From Candidatus Nomurabacteria bacterium RIFCSPLOWO2_01_FULL_41_12 (GTDB taxonomy: Bacteria; Patescibacteriota; Minisyncoccia; Phycocordibacterales; UBA9973), in NCBI GenBank assembly GCA_001787035.1, contig MFUY01000011.1:1-32473 (forward strand): a DNA stretch of 32,473 nt, read 5' to 3'. This document shows, in pieces, positions 15,940 through 26,001 of the stretch; the stretch's first letter is position 1; the number at the start of each line of letters is the position of its first letter. The notes beneath the pieces are model-generated. The model was given only the letters and a program-made list of their open reading frames with translations, made no database searches and was not told the origin of the DNA. The position numbers and the translations under genes were made by a program.

Positions 15940-16133
15940 GTCAGCTTACAAGAACAAACCACTATATTGTTAGTTTCATTTCTGCCAGAGCAGAGACGCA
16001 TTTCAAGATTTGAAAATTATTCTTTAAACACTTCATAATATATGGAATATTCCTATGAACCGACGTAAATTAAGTAAAATCAATTTGTAAAATTCAACAT
16101 TTCCAGTATAGCAAATAGTAGAATGTTTGTCTA

Positions 16134-16739
16134 CTAGTTATTTGATTTTGAAACCGGAGCTTTGGATTTAGTGACTATTTCGTCAATGATGCCATATTTT
16201 TTGGCTTCTTCGGCGTCCATGAAAAAATCCCGCTCTACGTCTTTTTCTATTTGAGCTAAAGACTTGCCGGTGTGTTTTGCTAAAATTTTATTTAAATTAT
16301 CCCGTGTTTTTAAAATATGTTTGGCGGTGATGGCGATGTCTGTCGCTTGGCCTTCCACTCCGCCCAATGGCTGATGAATCATAACTTCCGCGTTCGGCAG
16401 GATAAATCTCTTTCCTTTTTTGCCGGCGGACAAAATAATTGCTCCACCGGAAGCCGCCAGGCCCACGCAAAAAGTGGAAATATCAGGGCGAACATGATTC
16501 ATTGTGTCAACTATTGCCATGGTGGAGGTTACCGATCCGCCAGGGGAGTTAATGTAAAGAAAAATATCTTTTTTGGCGTCTTCGCTCTCAAGAAAAAGGA
16601 GTTGGGCAATAACGATATTAGCCGTATGGTCGTCAATCGGCCCGCCTAGGAATATAATGCGCTCCCTTAAAAGCCTCGAATAAATATCATAAGCCCTTTC
16701 TCCAAATTGACTTTTTTCTATAACTGTTGGTATTAACAT
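16134..16739 (-). CDS. clpP: ATP-dependent Clp protease proteolytic subunit
   Basis: [21 protein letters not shown] (Ser), MIHQP (His) and ERDFFM (Asp) are present. Confidence 0.9.
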   Translation of the reverse strand: MLIPTVIEKSQFGERAYDIYSRLLRERIIFLGGPIDDHTANIVIAQLLFLESEDAKKDIFLYINSPGGSVTSTMAIVDTMNHVRPDISTFCVGLAASGGAIILSAGKKGKRFILPNAEVMIHQPLGGVEGQATDIAITAKHILKTRDNLNKILAKHTGKSLAQIEKDVERDFFMDAEEAKKYGIIDEIVTKSKAPVSKSNN

Positions 16740-16796
16740 TTACATATCATAGCAGAATTGCGAACTTTTTCAAGCCATGCTAACATTCTACCTAAT

Positions 16797-17987
16797 ATGA
16801 AAAAAATCTGGGATAAGAGAGCAGGGATAAAGACGAACCAAGCTGTAGAGAATTATACCGTCGGGGTGGATTATTTATTGGACTTAGAACTCTTGCCTTA
16901 TGACATCAAGGGTACAATGACCCATGTTAAAATGCTATATAAGATAAAAATACTTAATTCGAAAGAATTAAGTATTTTGCTAAAGGGGCTTAATAGAATT
17001 TTATCTCTTTGGAAGAAAGGAAAATTTAAAATTAACAAGAAGCAAGAAGACGGACATACTGCCATTGAGGCATACCTTACGGAGCATTATGGCGAAGTCG
17101 GCAAGAAAGTTCATACTGGGCGCTCCAGAAACGACCAGGCTTTAGTAATGATTCGTCTGTTTAGTAAAGATAAACTTTCAGAAATTGAAAAAAGAGCAGT
17201 CAATCTCATAAAAACTCTGGAACAGCAAATCAAAAAACAAGGAAAAATAAAAATGCCCGGCTATACTCATATGCAAAGAGCGATGCCTTCTTCTGTCAGC
17301 ATGTGGCTCGGCTCTTATCTTGACAGCTTAAAGGATGACCTGATTCTCTTAGAAGCGGTTTCAAAAATTATAGATCAAAATCCCCTGGGATCAGCGGCAG
17401 GCTATGGAGAAAATATTTTAGGCTTGGATAGAAAATTCACCGGGAAAGTTTTGGGCTTCAAAAGAGTGCAGAACAATCCGATGTACTGCGCGCTCTCGCG
17501 AGGTAAATTTGAAAATATCGTCTTACAGGCAGTCGGGAGCGTGATGTTTGATATTGGTAAGATTTCAAACGATTTGCTTCTTTTTACCACCAAGGAATTT
17601 GATTTTTTTACTCTACCGGATTCTTTTAAGACAGGTTCTAGTATCATGCCACAGAAGAAGAATTATGATATCTTGGAACTAGTGCGGGGCAATGTTGCTG
17701 TTTTTAACGGTTATCAGCATCAAATAGAAAACGTCATAAAAAATCTACCTGCTGGATACAATAGGGATTTCCAGCTGACGAAAGAGCCTTATATCAAAGG
17801 TGTAAAACTTGCAATTGACACCATAGAAGTCATAACTTTAGTTATAAAAAATTTAGAGGCGAAGAAAAAAAATTTGGAAAATGCCTGTACACCGGAACTT
17901 TATGCGACAGATGAAGCTTTAAAATTGGTAAAAAAAGGCAAAAGTTTTCGGGAAGCTTATCAGGAAGTAAAAGAAAAGTATGTATAA
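16797..17987 (+). CDS. argH: Argininosuccinate lyase-type (fumarate-lyase superfamily) enzyme, short form
   Basis: HTGRSRNDQ and GSSIMPQKKN signatures are present. The ATG at 16797 is preferred over the TTG at 16758. Confidence 0.7.
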   Translation: MKKIWDKRAGIKTNQAVENYTVGVDYLLDLELLPYDIKGTMTHVKMLYKIKILNSKELSILLKGLNRILSLWKKGKFKINKKQEDGHTAIEAYLTEHYGEVGKKVHTGRSRNDQALVMIRLFSKDKLSEIEKRAVNLIKTLEQQIKKQGKIKMPGYTHMQRAMPSSVSMWLGSYLDSLKDDLILLEAVSKIIDQNPLGSAAGYGENILGLDRKFTGKVLGFKRVQNNPMYCALSRGKFENIVLQAVGSVMFDIGKISNDLLLFTTKEFDFFTLPDSFKTGSSIMPQKKNYDILELVRGNVAVFNGYQHQIENVIKNLPAGYNRDFQLTKEPYIKGVKLAIDTIEVITLVIKNLEAKKKNLENACTPELYATDEALKLVKKGKSFREAYQEVKEKYV

Positions 17988-18963
17988 CCCAAAAGAACCA
18001 TGGAATTTAAAAGCACAAATGCTAGAAGCTATCCGAGAAAACGGAGGATTTGTGAATTGTCACGGTCATTTTGATAAGGCTTATTACATTACCCGTGAGG
18101 GTTTGGATAAGGCCCATGTTGATATGGAAGTAAAGTGGCGTATGAGTGATGGTATAAAACGTGCATCCAGTGTTGAGGATATAAAAGAAAGAATCAGACT
18201 TGCGCTGGACGTTTTAGTAGCTCAGGGATGCAAGTTAACATGCACGTTTATTGATGCATATGACGCAGTCGGGCATAAAGCTATAGACGCAGCTCTTGCA
18301 GTAAAAGAAGAATATAAGGATAAAATAACCATGCTTTTAGCAACCCAACCCTTGGGTGGTTTAGTAGATGATGATGCTCGCGCCCTTTATGAAGAAATCA
18401 CGGCTAAAGCAGATATTGCCGGTGGACTGCCTTCAAAAGATCGTCCAAATGACGAAAAGCATTTAGATTATCTTTTTGAAATTGCTAAAAAATTAAATAA
18501 GCCTGTGCACGTGCACATTGATCAGGAAAATAATCCAAATGAACGAGATACAGAAAAGTTGCTTAATGCGGTTGAAAGACATGGTTATCAGAATAGAACA
18601 GTAGCGGTACATGTGCTTTCGGTTTCAGCACAGCCGAAAGAATATCGAAAAAAGATTTATAAAAGAATGAAAGATTTGGGGGTGGCAGCAGTAAGTTGTC
18701 CTGCGGCTGGGATTTCTATGAGACAATTAGACCAATTTATGTCTAATGTTCATAATTCTATTGCGAATGTACCTGAAATGCTTGAAGCAGGAGTGCTTGT
18801 GGGTATCGGTGTGGATGATATCTGTGATTTTTACCAGCCATTTATCGATGGCGATATGTGGACAGAATTGCGCTTGATGCAAGAAGCTTGCCGATATTAT
18901 AACCTTGATGCGTTGGTAGAAATCGCTTCCACTAACGGAGCTAAAATACTAGCATACGAATAA
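17980..18963 (+). CDS. Metal-dependent amidohydrolase, cytosine-deaminase-like
   Basis: NCHGHFD (HxH), HVHIDQ and GVDDICDFYQPFIDGDM resemble CodA-type motifs. It overlaps argH by 8 nt. Confidence 0.55.
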   Translation: MYNPKEPWNLKAQMLEAIRENGGFVNCHGHFDKAYYITREGLDKAHVDMEVKWRMSDGIKRASSVEDIKERIRLALDVLVAQGCKLTCTFIDAYDAVGHKAIDAALAVKEEYKDKITMLLATQPLGGLVDDDARALYEEITAKADIAGGLPSKDRPNDEKHLDYLFEIAKKLNKPVHVHIDQENNPNERDTEKLLNAVERHGYQNRTVAVHVLSVSAQPKEYRKKIYKRMKDLGVAAVSCPAAGISMRQLDQFMSNVHNSIANVPEMLEAGVLVGIGVDDICDFYQPFIDGDMWTELRLMQEACRYYNLDALVEIASTNGAKILAYE

Positions 18964-18966
18964 CTT

Positions 18967-20025
18967 TTATTGACTCTCCAAAAACACAAAAATTTTCTCA
19001 TTAGTAAGTACATTTTCCGCGTGCATGCGGGCGCGCTCGGAGTCGGCACCCTTGTAGTGCTCTAGTATTTGAGCTACTTCTTTTGCAACTTCTTCTTCGG
19101 GGGCAGTAATTTTTTCAATCTTGGCGATTTCATTCAATATGAGTCCGAGTTTAGCTTTCTTTTCAGCATCAGTTCTGAATTCTTTTCTCAAATCTTCAAC
19201 CTTTTTATTCAGGTGTTTCAAATAGTCTTCAAACTTCAACCCCATAGCAGTAATGTCGGACTCCATTCTGTATAAAATTTTGTCCAATTCAACTTCGGTT
19301 AAGACCTCGGGCAGTTCCAAAACGCTGTCATCAATTATTTTCTCAATTATTTTCAGCCTAATTTTTTCTTTTGCGGCGTTTTGTTTTTCCAATTTGATGT
19401 TTTCGCGCAGTTTATTTTTGAAATCCTCTATGTTTAGGAAGGGTCCTAAGCCTTTTACGAAATCATCATCAAATTCTGGCAGATTCAAGGTGTCCGACAC
19501 CGGATTCTTGGTGTCGGACACCTGAATTTCCTCTGCCATACGCACCTTCGGCGCCCGGGATTTGCGTATATCCATGATTGTATTTTCTAAGTCTTTATCT
19601 GACACGACGAAATCCTTCTCTTCCGGTTTTATGTTCCTAGTGATTTTTTGAGCGATTTTTTTATAGTTTCCTAGCTTGATATCCGGCAATATCGAGACTT
19701 TTATTTTAAATCCCAAGGGGTTTTTGCGGGCTAATTTTGTGATGGAAATTTCCGGCCGGCCAATGGCATCAATTTTCTTCTCTTCTAGTATTTTCGGATA
19801 ATGTTCCGTGAGCGCGAGCTCCGCCATCTCTTCCAAGATGCGAATTTCCGGAACTTTGGAAATAAGAACACTTTCTGGAATTTTTCCTTTTCTAAATCCG
19901 TCTAATTCGAAGTGTTGGCCGATTTTTTTTAGTGTAGCCTTAAAATAGCTCTCAAATGCTTCAGCTTCCAGCTCTCCCTCAATCTCCACCTCGCTTTTCG
20001 GTAATTTTTTAATTGTTACAAGCAT
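18967..20025 (-). CDS. tig: Trigger factor, apparently without the PPIase domain
   Basis: The N-terminal ribosome-binding FRKGKIP motif and C-terminal arm helices are present. It is only 352 aa, and the middle FKBP region is replaced by a short linker. Confidence 0.75.
   Translation of the reverse strand: MLVTIKKLPKSEVEIEGELEAEAFESYFKATLKKIGQHFELDGFRKGKIPESVLISKVPEIRILEEMAELALTEHYPKILEEKKIDAIGRPEISITKLARKNPLGFKIKVSILPDIKLGNYKKIAQKITRNIKPEEKDFVVSDKDLENTIMDIRKSRAPKVRMAEEIQVSDTKNPVSDTLNLPEFDDDFVKGLGPFLNIEDFKNKLRENIKLEKQNAAKEKIRLKIIEKIIDDSVLELPEVLTEVELDKILYRMESDITAMGLKFEDYLKHLNKKVEDLRKEFRTDAEKKAKLGLILNEIAKIEKITAPEEEVAKEVAQILEHYKGADSERARMHAENVLTNEKIFVFLESQ
19482..19523 (-). repeat. In-frame 21-bp tandem duplication; each unit holds a 13-nt palindrome
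   Basis: GATTCAAGGTGTCCGACACCG and GATTCTTGGTGTCGGACACCT match at 17 of 21 positions. The palindromes are GGTGTC(C/G)GACACC. The segment encodes VSDTKNP and VSDTLNL. Confidence 0.8.
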
Positions 20026-20030
20026 CCTTC

Positions 20031-20252
20031 CTAGTTTACAGCATCTACATCAACGCCAGTTTGAGTGTCTGTCATTTGCAGATCCGCTTCTAGCGTATCT
20101 AGCTCGCTAGAGTCCTCGGTCGTGATATTCTCTTGAATCGGCGCTTCCGGCATCTCTTGCGATTGCCAGATATACAGCCCACCGACAACGAGGATAATGA
20201 TAATTATTGCAAGTCCGACGAGCGCTCCATTTGATTTTTTTTCTGGTTCCAT
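20031..20252 (-). CDS. Small single-pass membrane protein with an acidic C-terminus
   Basis: 73 aa. The TM helix is ALVGLAIIIIILVVGGLYIW. It is tightly packed between neighbouring genes. Confidence 0.5.
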   Translation of the reverse strand: MEPEKKSNGALVGLAIIIIILVVGGLYIWQSQEMPEAPIQENITTEDSSELDTLEADLQMTDTQTGVDVDAVN

Positions 20253-20277
20253 AATTTTTTATTTCTTATCTAATAAT

Positions 20278-21168
20278 TTATTGAGTAACTTCCGTTGTCG
20301 TGGAAGCTGTACTTGCATCAGTTGACGTGGTTGTTGCCGCGCTTGTTTTTTCAACTTCTACTTTTCTTTTCAAGGCATTCTTTAATGATTTAACGGCATC
20401 ATTGAGAGTACGATGCGCTTCTTTTATGAGAGTTTGTGTTTCCTGATTTAATGTTTTCAATTTTGCTTTATTTTCCGCCGTAAGTTCGTCAATCGATGCG
20501 GATAGCAGTGCACTAGCTTCTGCCACTTTCGCTACTGCGGCGCTTAATGCTGTTTCAGCTTTTATCACTAAGTCTTTTGCGCTTGTGATATCTGCTCCTT
20601 TTGCCTCCAGTTTAATTATATGGTCATTAACCCTATCTTTTAGATTATTCATTCTTTCAACCGCCGCATCAAATCTCTCCAGCGCTTTTTCTCGCCCGAC
20701 GACTCTTAGCTCTTTTATTCTTGCCTTTGCTCCATCTTTTTCTTCTTTGATTTTAGCTTTAAGGTCTCCGATTTTCTGTTTTGTCTCTTCTTTCATAGCT
20801 TCTCTCTTTTCTTTCATTTCTTCTTTCTTTGCTTCCAGCTCTTTTTTCAATTCTTCTCTCTTCAACTTCACTTCCTCCTTCACTTCTTTCCTCTCGTCTT
20901 TTATTTCTTGGCGGTTTTCCTGTGCTTGGGTTTTGACTTCCATTCTCTTGTCTTTAACTTCCGTTCGCACCGCTTCACGCTTGACTTTCAAATCAGCTTG
21001 AGCTTTAACCCTTGTCTCTGCGTTGATGCGTTTTTGCTCCGGAGCAAGAACGTTGCTTGTTGTTGCGCCTTCTCCCGTATTAGAAGATACATCATCTTCC
21101 GCTTTTGCTACAGTACTTATGGCAAATGCCATTGTTAAAACAACCAATAAACCTAAGTATTTTTTCAT
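20278..21168 (-). CDS. Secreted K/E-rich coiled-coil protein with a Thr/Ser-rich tail
   Basis: Signal peptide MKKYLGLLVVLTMAFAISTVAKA, followed by long charged heptad-like repeats. Confidence 0.55.
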   Translation of the reverse strand: MKKYLGLLVVLTMAFAISTVAKAEDDVSSNTGEGATTSNVLAPEQKRINAETRVKAQADLKVKREAVRTEVKDKRMEVKTQAQENRQEIKDERKEVKEEVKLKREELKKELEAKKEEMKEKREAMKEETKQKIGDLKAKIKEEKDGAKARIKELRVVGREKALERFDAAVERMNNLKDRVNDHIIKLEAKGADITSAKDLVIKAETALSAAVAKVAEASALLSASIDELTAENKAKLKTLNQETQTLIKEAHRTLNDAVKSLKNALKRKVEVEKTSAATTTSTDASTASTTTEVTQ

Positions 21169-21255
21169 GGTTCTATTTTATCACCATGACCCTGAGCTTG
21201 TCGCATGGATCATAATTTTAAACGCTAAAAATCTTATAATTTTGACCTGCTCTAA

Positions 21256-23280
21256 TTATATCAAAAAAGCAACTAAAAGCAAAGCGACAATGTTTAGAAT
21301 TTTTATCATTGGGTTGATGGCAGGACCGGCGGTGTCTTTATAAGGATCGCCGACAGTATCTCCGGTAACTGCAGCTTTATGGGCATCACTTCCCTTACCG
21401 CCGTGATTGCCTTGTTCAATGTGTTTTTTTGCATTATCCCAAGCGCCTCCCCCGGAGGTCATAGAAATTGCCACAAAAAGTCCTGTGATAATAGAGCCGA
21501 CAAGAAGTCCCCCAAGCACCACCAAGCCTTTATCTTTTCCAAAAATTAAGACCACTAAAATCGGCGCAAGTACTGGTATCAAAGCTGGCACTATCATTTG
21601 TTTTATGGCTGCACCCGTGATAATTGAAACGGCCTTAGCGTAGTCGGGCCTTGCTCTTCCATCCATGATTCCTTTTATCTCTCTAAATTGCCTGCGGATT
21701 TCTTCAACCACTTTACCCGCAGTTTTTCCTACAGCTTCCATGCAAAGCGCAGCGAAATAATATGGTAGAAGTCCTCCAAGAAAGAGGCCAACGATAACAT
21801 ATGGATTACTCAAATCAAAAGAAATATTTTTTCCAGCTTTTACTATTTCTTCTGTATAAGACGCAAACAGAACAAGGGAAGCAAGTCCGGCAGAACCAAT
21901 GGCATAGCCTTTGGTGACGGCCTTGGTAGTATTTCCTACAGCGTCTAAGGCATCGGTAATTTCCCTGACTTCCGAAGGCATCCCTGACATTTCTGCGATA
22001 CCCCCAGCATTGTCTGTGATAGGACCATATGCGTCTATCGCCACAATAATTCCCGTCATTGAGAGCATGGACATTGCGGCAATAGCAATTCCATAAAGCC
22101 CGCCATAATGATAGCTGATTAAAATGCCGAGAACAATTGTGATTAAAGGCCACGCGGTAGATTTCATTGAAATAGCTAAACCCTGAATGACATTTGTGCC
22201 ATGACCAGACAAGGAGGCCTTGGCGATGGATTGCACCGGGGAATATTTGGTGGAAGTAAAATATTCTGTAATGACCACAAGAGCTCCAGTAACCAATAAC
22301 CCCACCAAAGAACAGAGAAATAAATCTATTACTGTGTATTTACCGTTACCCCTCATAAGTAATTCTGTAACAGGATAGAAAAGAGCGGCAGCAATAACAC
22401 CAGAAGCGATAAGTCCTTTATACAAAGCGCCCATTATATTTTGAGACTGATCTTTCCCTTTGCCAAGTCTGACGAACCAAGTACCTATAATTGATGCGAA
22501 GATTGCCATTCCACCAATGACCAGGGGATAAATAATTGCGTTCTCAAATTGAGTAAACAAGAGTGAACCGAGTAGCATTGTCGCAATTGAAGTAACAGCG
22601 TAAGTTTCAAAAAGATCAGCGGCCATACCGGCGCAATCGCCGACATTATCTCCAACATTGTCCGCAATAACTCCGGGATTTCTCGGATCATCTTCTGGAA
22701 TGCCTGCCTCAAGTTTACCAACAAGGTCAGCGCCAACATCAGCTGCTTTAGTAAATATACCTCCACCCAATCTTGCGAAGACTGAAATAAGAGAGGCACC
22801 AAAACCGAGTCCAACTAAAGCTGTAATATCTCGGGTGATTGCGTAAAAAACGGTAACACCAAGTAAGGCAAGTCCAACCACTAAAAGTCCGGTGACCGTT
22901 CCGCCCTTAAAGGCCAAAGAAAGTGCGTCGCTAAGTCCACCCCTTGCAGCTTCTGTTGTTCTAACGTTCGCCCTAACCGATACATTCATGCCTATATAAC
23001 CCGCCAGGGCGGAGAAAATAGCTCCAACTAAAAACCCCAGAGCCATAACCCATCCCAATTTTGGTATAAGGCCGATGACAAAGAAAAGTACCATGGCAAT
23101 AATGCCAATCGTTTTGTATTGTTTATTTAAATAAGCATTAGCGCCCTCCTCTATCGCCTTAGCAATTTCTCGCATACGCTCATTTCCAGGGCTCTTTTTT
23201 AATATTGACTTTGCTAGAAATAGACCATAAACAATGGCTATAACTGAACTAACAGTTGCAAACAATAAAAATTTATCCAT
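21256..23280 (-). CDS. hppA: Membrane-bound ion-translocating pyrophosphatase
   Basis: 674 aa polytopic protein. [27 protein letters not shown] and [14 protein letters not shown] are present. Confidence 0.9.
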   Translation of the reverse strand: MDKFLLFATVSSVIAIVYGLFLAKSILKKSPGNERMREIAKAIEEGANAYLNKQYKTIGIIAMVLFFVIGLIPKLGWVMALGFLVGAIFSALAGYIGMNVSVRANVRTTEAARGGLSDALSLAFKGGTVTGLLVVGLALLGVTVFYAITRDITALVGLGFGASLISVFARLGGGIFTKAADVGADLVGKLEAGIPEDDPRNPGVIADNVGDNVGDCAGMAADLFETYAVTSIATMLLGSLLFTQFENAIIYPLVIGGMAIFASIIGTWFVRLGKGKDQSQNIMGALYKGLIASGVIAAALFYPVTELLMRGNGKYTVIDLFLCSLVGLLVTGALVVITEYFTSTKYSPVQSIAKASLSGHGTNVIQGLAISMKSTAWPLITIVLGILISYHYGGLYGIAIAAMSMLSMTGIIVAIDAYGPITDNAGGIAEMSGMPSEVREITDALDAVGNTTKAVTKGYAIGSAGLASLVLFASYTEEIVKAGKNISFDLSNPYVIVGLFLGGLLPYYFAALCMEAVGKTAGKVVEEIRRQFREIKGIMDGRARPDYAKAVSIITGAAIKQMIVPALIPVLAPILVVLIFGKDKGLVVLGGLLVGSIITGLFVAISMTSGGGAWDNAKKHIEQGNHGGKGSDAHKAAVTGDTVGDPYKDTAGPAINPMIKILNIVALLLVAFLI

Positions 23281-23295
23281 ATTTTTAAGTATATC

Positions 23296-24510
23296 TTACT
23301 CTTCTTTTTTTTCAATCACTTCTTCAGTTTCCGTAGAGACCACTTCTTTGCCGTCGCCCTTGATGTCTATCCTCCACCCAGTCAGCTTGGCCGCTAGGCG
23401 CACGTTTTGTCCACCCTTGCCGATAGCCAGCGATAATTGATCATTGGCTACTTCTACCGTGGCTTTGTGGTCCTTTTCATCCACTTCAATTGCAACGACT
23501 TTTGCCGGAGAAATGGCATTGGCAACAAAGATTTTCGGATCCGAAGACCAGGGAATAATATCGATTTTCTCGCCACCTAGCTCTCCGGTCACGGTGTTTA
23601 CCCGCGTGCCTTTCTGCCCGACGCATGAGCCGACTGGGTCTATGTGCTCGTCGTTTGAAAATACCGCTATCTTGGAACGGGCGCCGGCTTCCCGGGCTAC
23701 AGATTTTATCTCAACGATTCCATTTTGAATTTCCGGCGCTTCCACAGCAAAAAGCTTTTCTATGAATTTCGGATGCGTGCGGGAAAGGCGTAAATTAATG
23801 CCCCTTGGCGTGTCTTCCACGGAATAGAGATATGCTCGCACGCGAGCCCCTCTCTGGAAAGATTCCCCGGGAATTTGCTCTTCGGCGGACAGGATGCCTG
23901 TGGCGCGATTGAAATCAACATAGACATTTCCTCTTTCAACTTTCTGCACTATTCCCCCGATGATTTCTCCTTCTTTTGTCCCATATTCATCAATGATAGA
24001 CGTGCGTTCAGCCTCGCGGATTTTCTGTATTATGACCTGCTTGGCGGTCTGGGCGGCGATGCGTCCGTAATCTTCTTTTGCCTCTAATGGGAAAATAACT
24101 TCATCATTTAATTCCACCCCTTTTTTTATTTTCTTTGCATCTTCCAGCATCAGGTGATGTTCCGGATTGAAGTGCACTCGTTCGTCTTCTATATCTTTTA
24201 CAGAATATTCCCCGCCTGCATCAGCTATGCCGAAAGCATTGCGGGCAGGTTGCTCATTTTCCTTACCTTTATTTTTATCCCCATCTAAGATTGCGATAGT
24301 TTCATCAACCACGATTTTTACTTGGAAAAATTCCGTTTTGCCGGTCTCCAGGTCGAATTTAGCCCGGATAATTTGCCCTTTTTTGCCGTAATCCTTTTTA
24401 TAAGCGGCCGCCATTGCTTGCTCTATAGCGTCTAATATTTTTTCTTTTGGAATTTTCCTTTCTTCTTCGAGCTGTTCCAGGGCTGACTTGAACGTCTTTA
24501 GGTCTAACAT
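23296..24510 (-). CDS. nusA: Transcription termination/antitermination factor NusA
   Basis: NTD, an S1-like GGIVQKVERGNVYVDF, and KH motifs VGQKGTRV and AIGKGGQNVRLA. It carries the 44-bp shared insert, encoding PARNAFGIADAGGE. Confidence 0.9.
   Translation of the reverse strand: MLDLKTFKSALEQLEEERKIPKEKILDAIEQAMAAAYKKDYGKKGQIIRAKFDLETGKTEFFQVKIVVDETIAILDGDKNKGKENEQPARNAFGIADAGGEYSVKDIEDERVHFNPEHHLMLEDAKKIKKGVELNDEVIFPLEAKEDYGRIAAQTAKQVIIQKIREAERTSIIDEYGTKEGEIIGGIVQKVERGNVYVDFNRATGILSAEEQIPGESFQRGARVRAYLYSVEDTPRGINLRLSRTHPKFIEKLFAVEAPEIQNGIVEIKSVAREAGARSKIAVFSNDEHIDPVGSCVGQKGTRVNTVTGELGGEKIDIIPWSSDPKIFVANAISPAKVVAIEVDEKDHKATVEVANDQLSLAIGKGGQNVRLAAKLTGWRIDIKGDGKEVVSTETEEVIEKKEE
24208..24251 (-). 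repeat. 44-bp in-frame coding repeat, copy 2 (in nusA)
   Basis: TTCCCCGCCTGCATCAGCTATGCCGAAAGCATTGCGGGCAGGTT matches 751-794 at 41 of 44 positions. Confidence 0.85.
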
Positions 24511-24591
24511 AATATATTTTCTTTAATTTTATAAACAAAAAGAGCCCCGCTAGCACAGGACTCATACGTAGTGTATAGTATCACAAGGTTT

Positions 24592-26001
24592 ATGGAAACG
24601 CAATACTTGCGAAAAATTTGGGAAACAAATACCCATTCATTCTTAGTTCTGCTCGTTGTGTCGGGGTGTATTTTTTATTATGGCTATTTTACAAATCCTA
24701 TGGTTAAAAATGGAATGATCACAGTTATTATAAATGACAAAGGATTTTCTCCAGAAAAAATTATTGTTCCTCAAGGTACAACAGTGAAGTGGGTTAATCA
24801 AGATGAGCGTCCACATTGGCCGGCTTCCAATTTCCATCCGACTCATAGTCTCTACCCGGAGCAGGGCGGCTGTATTGGAAGTCTGTTTGATGCTTGCCGG
24901 AGTCTTAAAGAGGGAGAATATTACTCTTTCAAATTTGACATTGCCGGTATTTGGCCAGTGCATGATCACCTTTCTCCGGGGATGATTATGGTGATAGAGG
25001 TTGTTGACCCCGTTAAAAGTGCTCGCGACGGAGTCGCGAGTTTAAAAGACCGCAGCGCGGCTACTTCTAACGGGGTAACTGCTGCTGAATTCCGCCAGCT
25101 TGATTATGGCAAACAAATGGAAATCATTAAATCCATGGCAACTAGTAATCCGAATAAAGCATGGGGTTATCTCAAGAATAGCTACATAGTTGACGGCCAG
25201 GTAGTCGGCAATGCCCATGAGTTTGCCCACATTGTCGGTAATCTTGCATTTGAAAAATTCAGCTTGGATGGGATAAAAGTTTGCGACGCAACATTTGCTT
25301 TTGGCTGTTTTCATGGAGTTACGGAAAAGATGCTTTTAAGTGAAGGCCTGGGGGTTATTAAGTCTATAGAAAATGGATGTTTAGAAATTTTCCCGCCGGA
25401 TAAATCGCAGGATTATACCAGCTGTATTCACGGGACGGGCCATGGGGTGTATAGTTTTGAAGGAGGGGACATGAAGGAGGCTCTTATTGATTGTGATATT
25501 ATCAGCGAACCCTACAGGCAGTATTGCTATGACGGGGTATTTATGGAACGTTCTTCCCAGCCGGATGCTAAAATATTTGACAATAAAAATCCATGGAAAT
25601 TTTGTACCGATCTTCCCGAGCGTTATCATCGCAATTGCGCCAGATATCAGAGCCAGATTTTCTTAGGCGCATTTGGCTCGCTGGGTTCCGTCAAAGCAGT
25701 CGGCAAAAATTGCGCTCTCGGATCGTCAGTATTGCTGCGAGAAACATGCTATGAAAGTCTTGGTTATTATATAGCTCAGCAATCTCTTGGAAAAATGTCA
25801 GAAATTTTAGAAAGTTGTAAACAAATGCCCAATACCGACGGACAGTCAGAGGGGGGAGAGATATGCATGATGGGTGGAGCAATTGAAAGTGTTTTTCAGA
25901 AATATCTTGATTTTCGGGACACTTCCTATAGGCTATGTAATAGCTTAACCGAGCTAAGGCGAGTATTATGTTTTAACAATATAGAAAGGATGCTTAAATG
26001 A
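24592..26001 (+). CDS. Membrane-anchored protein with a cupredoxin-like domain and one Cys/His-rich module (paralogue P1)
   Basis: TM helix, then a beta-rich segment ITVIINDKGFSPEKIIVPQGTTVKWVNQDERPHW...WPVHDHLSPGMIMVIEV. The module has HEFAH, CFHG, CIHGTGHG and CYDGVFME. The start is either ATG 24592 or GTG 24571. Confidence 0.65.
   Translation: METQYLRKIWETNTHSFLVLLVVSGCIFYYGYFTNPMVKNGMITVIINDKGFSPEKIIVPQGTTVKWVNQDERPHWPASNFHPTHSLYPEQGGCIGSLFDACRSLKEGEYYSFKFDIAGIWPVHDHLSPGMIMVIEVVDPVKSARDGVASLKDRSAATSNGVTAAEFRQLDYGKQMEIIKSMATSNPNKAWGYLKNSYIVDGQVVGNAHEFAHIVGNLAFEKFSLDGIKVCDATFAFGCFHGVTEKMLLSEGLGVIKSIENGCLEIFPPDKSQDYTSCIHGTGHGVYSFEGGDMKEALIDCDIISEPYRQYCYDGVFMERSSQPDAKIFDNKNPWKFCTDLPERYHRNCARYQSQIFLGAFGSLGSVKAVGKNCALGSSVLLRETCYESLGYYIAQQSLGKMSEILESCKQMPNTDGQSEGGEICMMGGAIESVFQKYLDFRDTSYRLCNSLTELRRVLCFNNIERMLK

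Noticed and set aside
25012-25047. TTAAAAG direct repeats flanking the P1 linker hairpin as a target-site duplication.
   Set aside because: Repeat plus insert is 29 nt, not a multiple of 3, so simple excision would break the frame. A 7-mer of this composition is common in AT-rich DNA.
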